Positions 63,480-64,000 of a DNA stretch of 64,000 nt are shown here, piece after piece. The position numbers and the translations under genes are program-made. This stretch comes from Eledone cirrhosa (taxonomy: Eukaryota), in the NCBI GenBank assembly GCA_964016885.1, contig OZ024757.1, forward strand, positions 34,658,001 to 34,722,000, given 5' to 3'. Under the pieces are notes generated by a model. The model worked only from the letters and a program-made list of their open reading frames with translations. It did not search any database and was not told the origin of the DNA. Within the stretch, counting starts at the first letter, position 1, and each line of letters starts with the position of its first letter.

Positions 63480-64000
63480 TCAAAGTTGAATATGTTCCCG
63501 AATGAATAGACTGAGACTTACTCTGTTAACCCTGTAAAATGGTAAATAACTGAGAGACTACCTCCAACTAACCCCAAAGAGGGACCAGCTATTGAAATAG
63601 ATAGTTATAGGGTCAAAGAAGCAATCAAGGGGAATAAAAATGGTAAAGCTGCTGTTCCATTAGAAATAACTGAGATGTTGAAAGATTCTGGGTAAGTAGA
63701 TGTCAAACTAGTCACCTACATAGTCAATCAGATAATATAGGATGGGGCCATACCCAATAACTGATATAGTAGTATACTAATATAATGCTATAAAGGAAAA
63801 GGTGAGGTACTAGAAAGGAGCAACTACTCAGGCATGAAGCTAATGGAAATGTGAGAAAGAGTTTTAATACAACTACTTAGGGAAAGAATCAAATTAGATG
63901 AGATGTTGTTAGATTTTATGCCAGGGAGAAGTGCTACAGATATACTCTTTTCTTAGTGACAAAACTACAAGAGAAGTTACTAGCTAAGAATAAGCCTCAG
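63480..64000 (+). mobile_element. Decayed RTE-type RT N-terminal fragment
   Basis: VKEAIKG.KNGKAAVP..EMLK, YKGKG..ERSNYSGMKL, FMPGRSATD in broken frames. Confidence 0.75.

Overview
Eukaryotic, AT-rich and repeat-dense DNA, most consistent with a coleoid cephalopod (Octopus-like). This is inferred from the (TA)/(CA) microsatellite load, the tRNA-derived SINE families with RTE-type tails, and a single-exon tandem C2H2 array with [16 protein letters not shown] linkers. The main gene is largely invisible in the ORF track. It is a spliced NADPH oxidase (NOX2/gp91phox-like) on the minus strand, for which I assembled 15 GT-AG coding exons by hand (42141 down to 18249; 1677 nt, 558 aa + stop, all phases compatible). 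The short first coding exon was not located. A C2H2 zinc-finger gene (15 intact fingers plus decayed downstream fingers) lies on the plus strand at 60.4-61.9 kb. The window also holds a degenerate 5S rRNA copy abutting a SINE, a truncated Ty3/Gypsy pol with PPT and partial LTR, Helitron, RTE, CRE, R4-like and Penelope (GIY-YIG) fragments, TTAA-flanked MITEs and many minisatellites. The most striking hidden signal is about 12 type I hammerhead-ribozyme motifs at 9 loci, many inside long near-perfect palindromes (Penelope pseudo-LTR-like). One fully canonical GUC-cleaving hammerhead lies in sense orientation about 110 nt inside a NOX intron. Several intronic minisatellites appear to be seeded from splice-donor junctions. 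All calls come from manual reading; no searches or folding programs were run.
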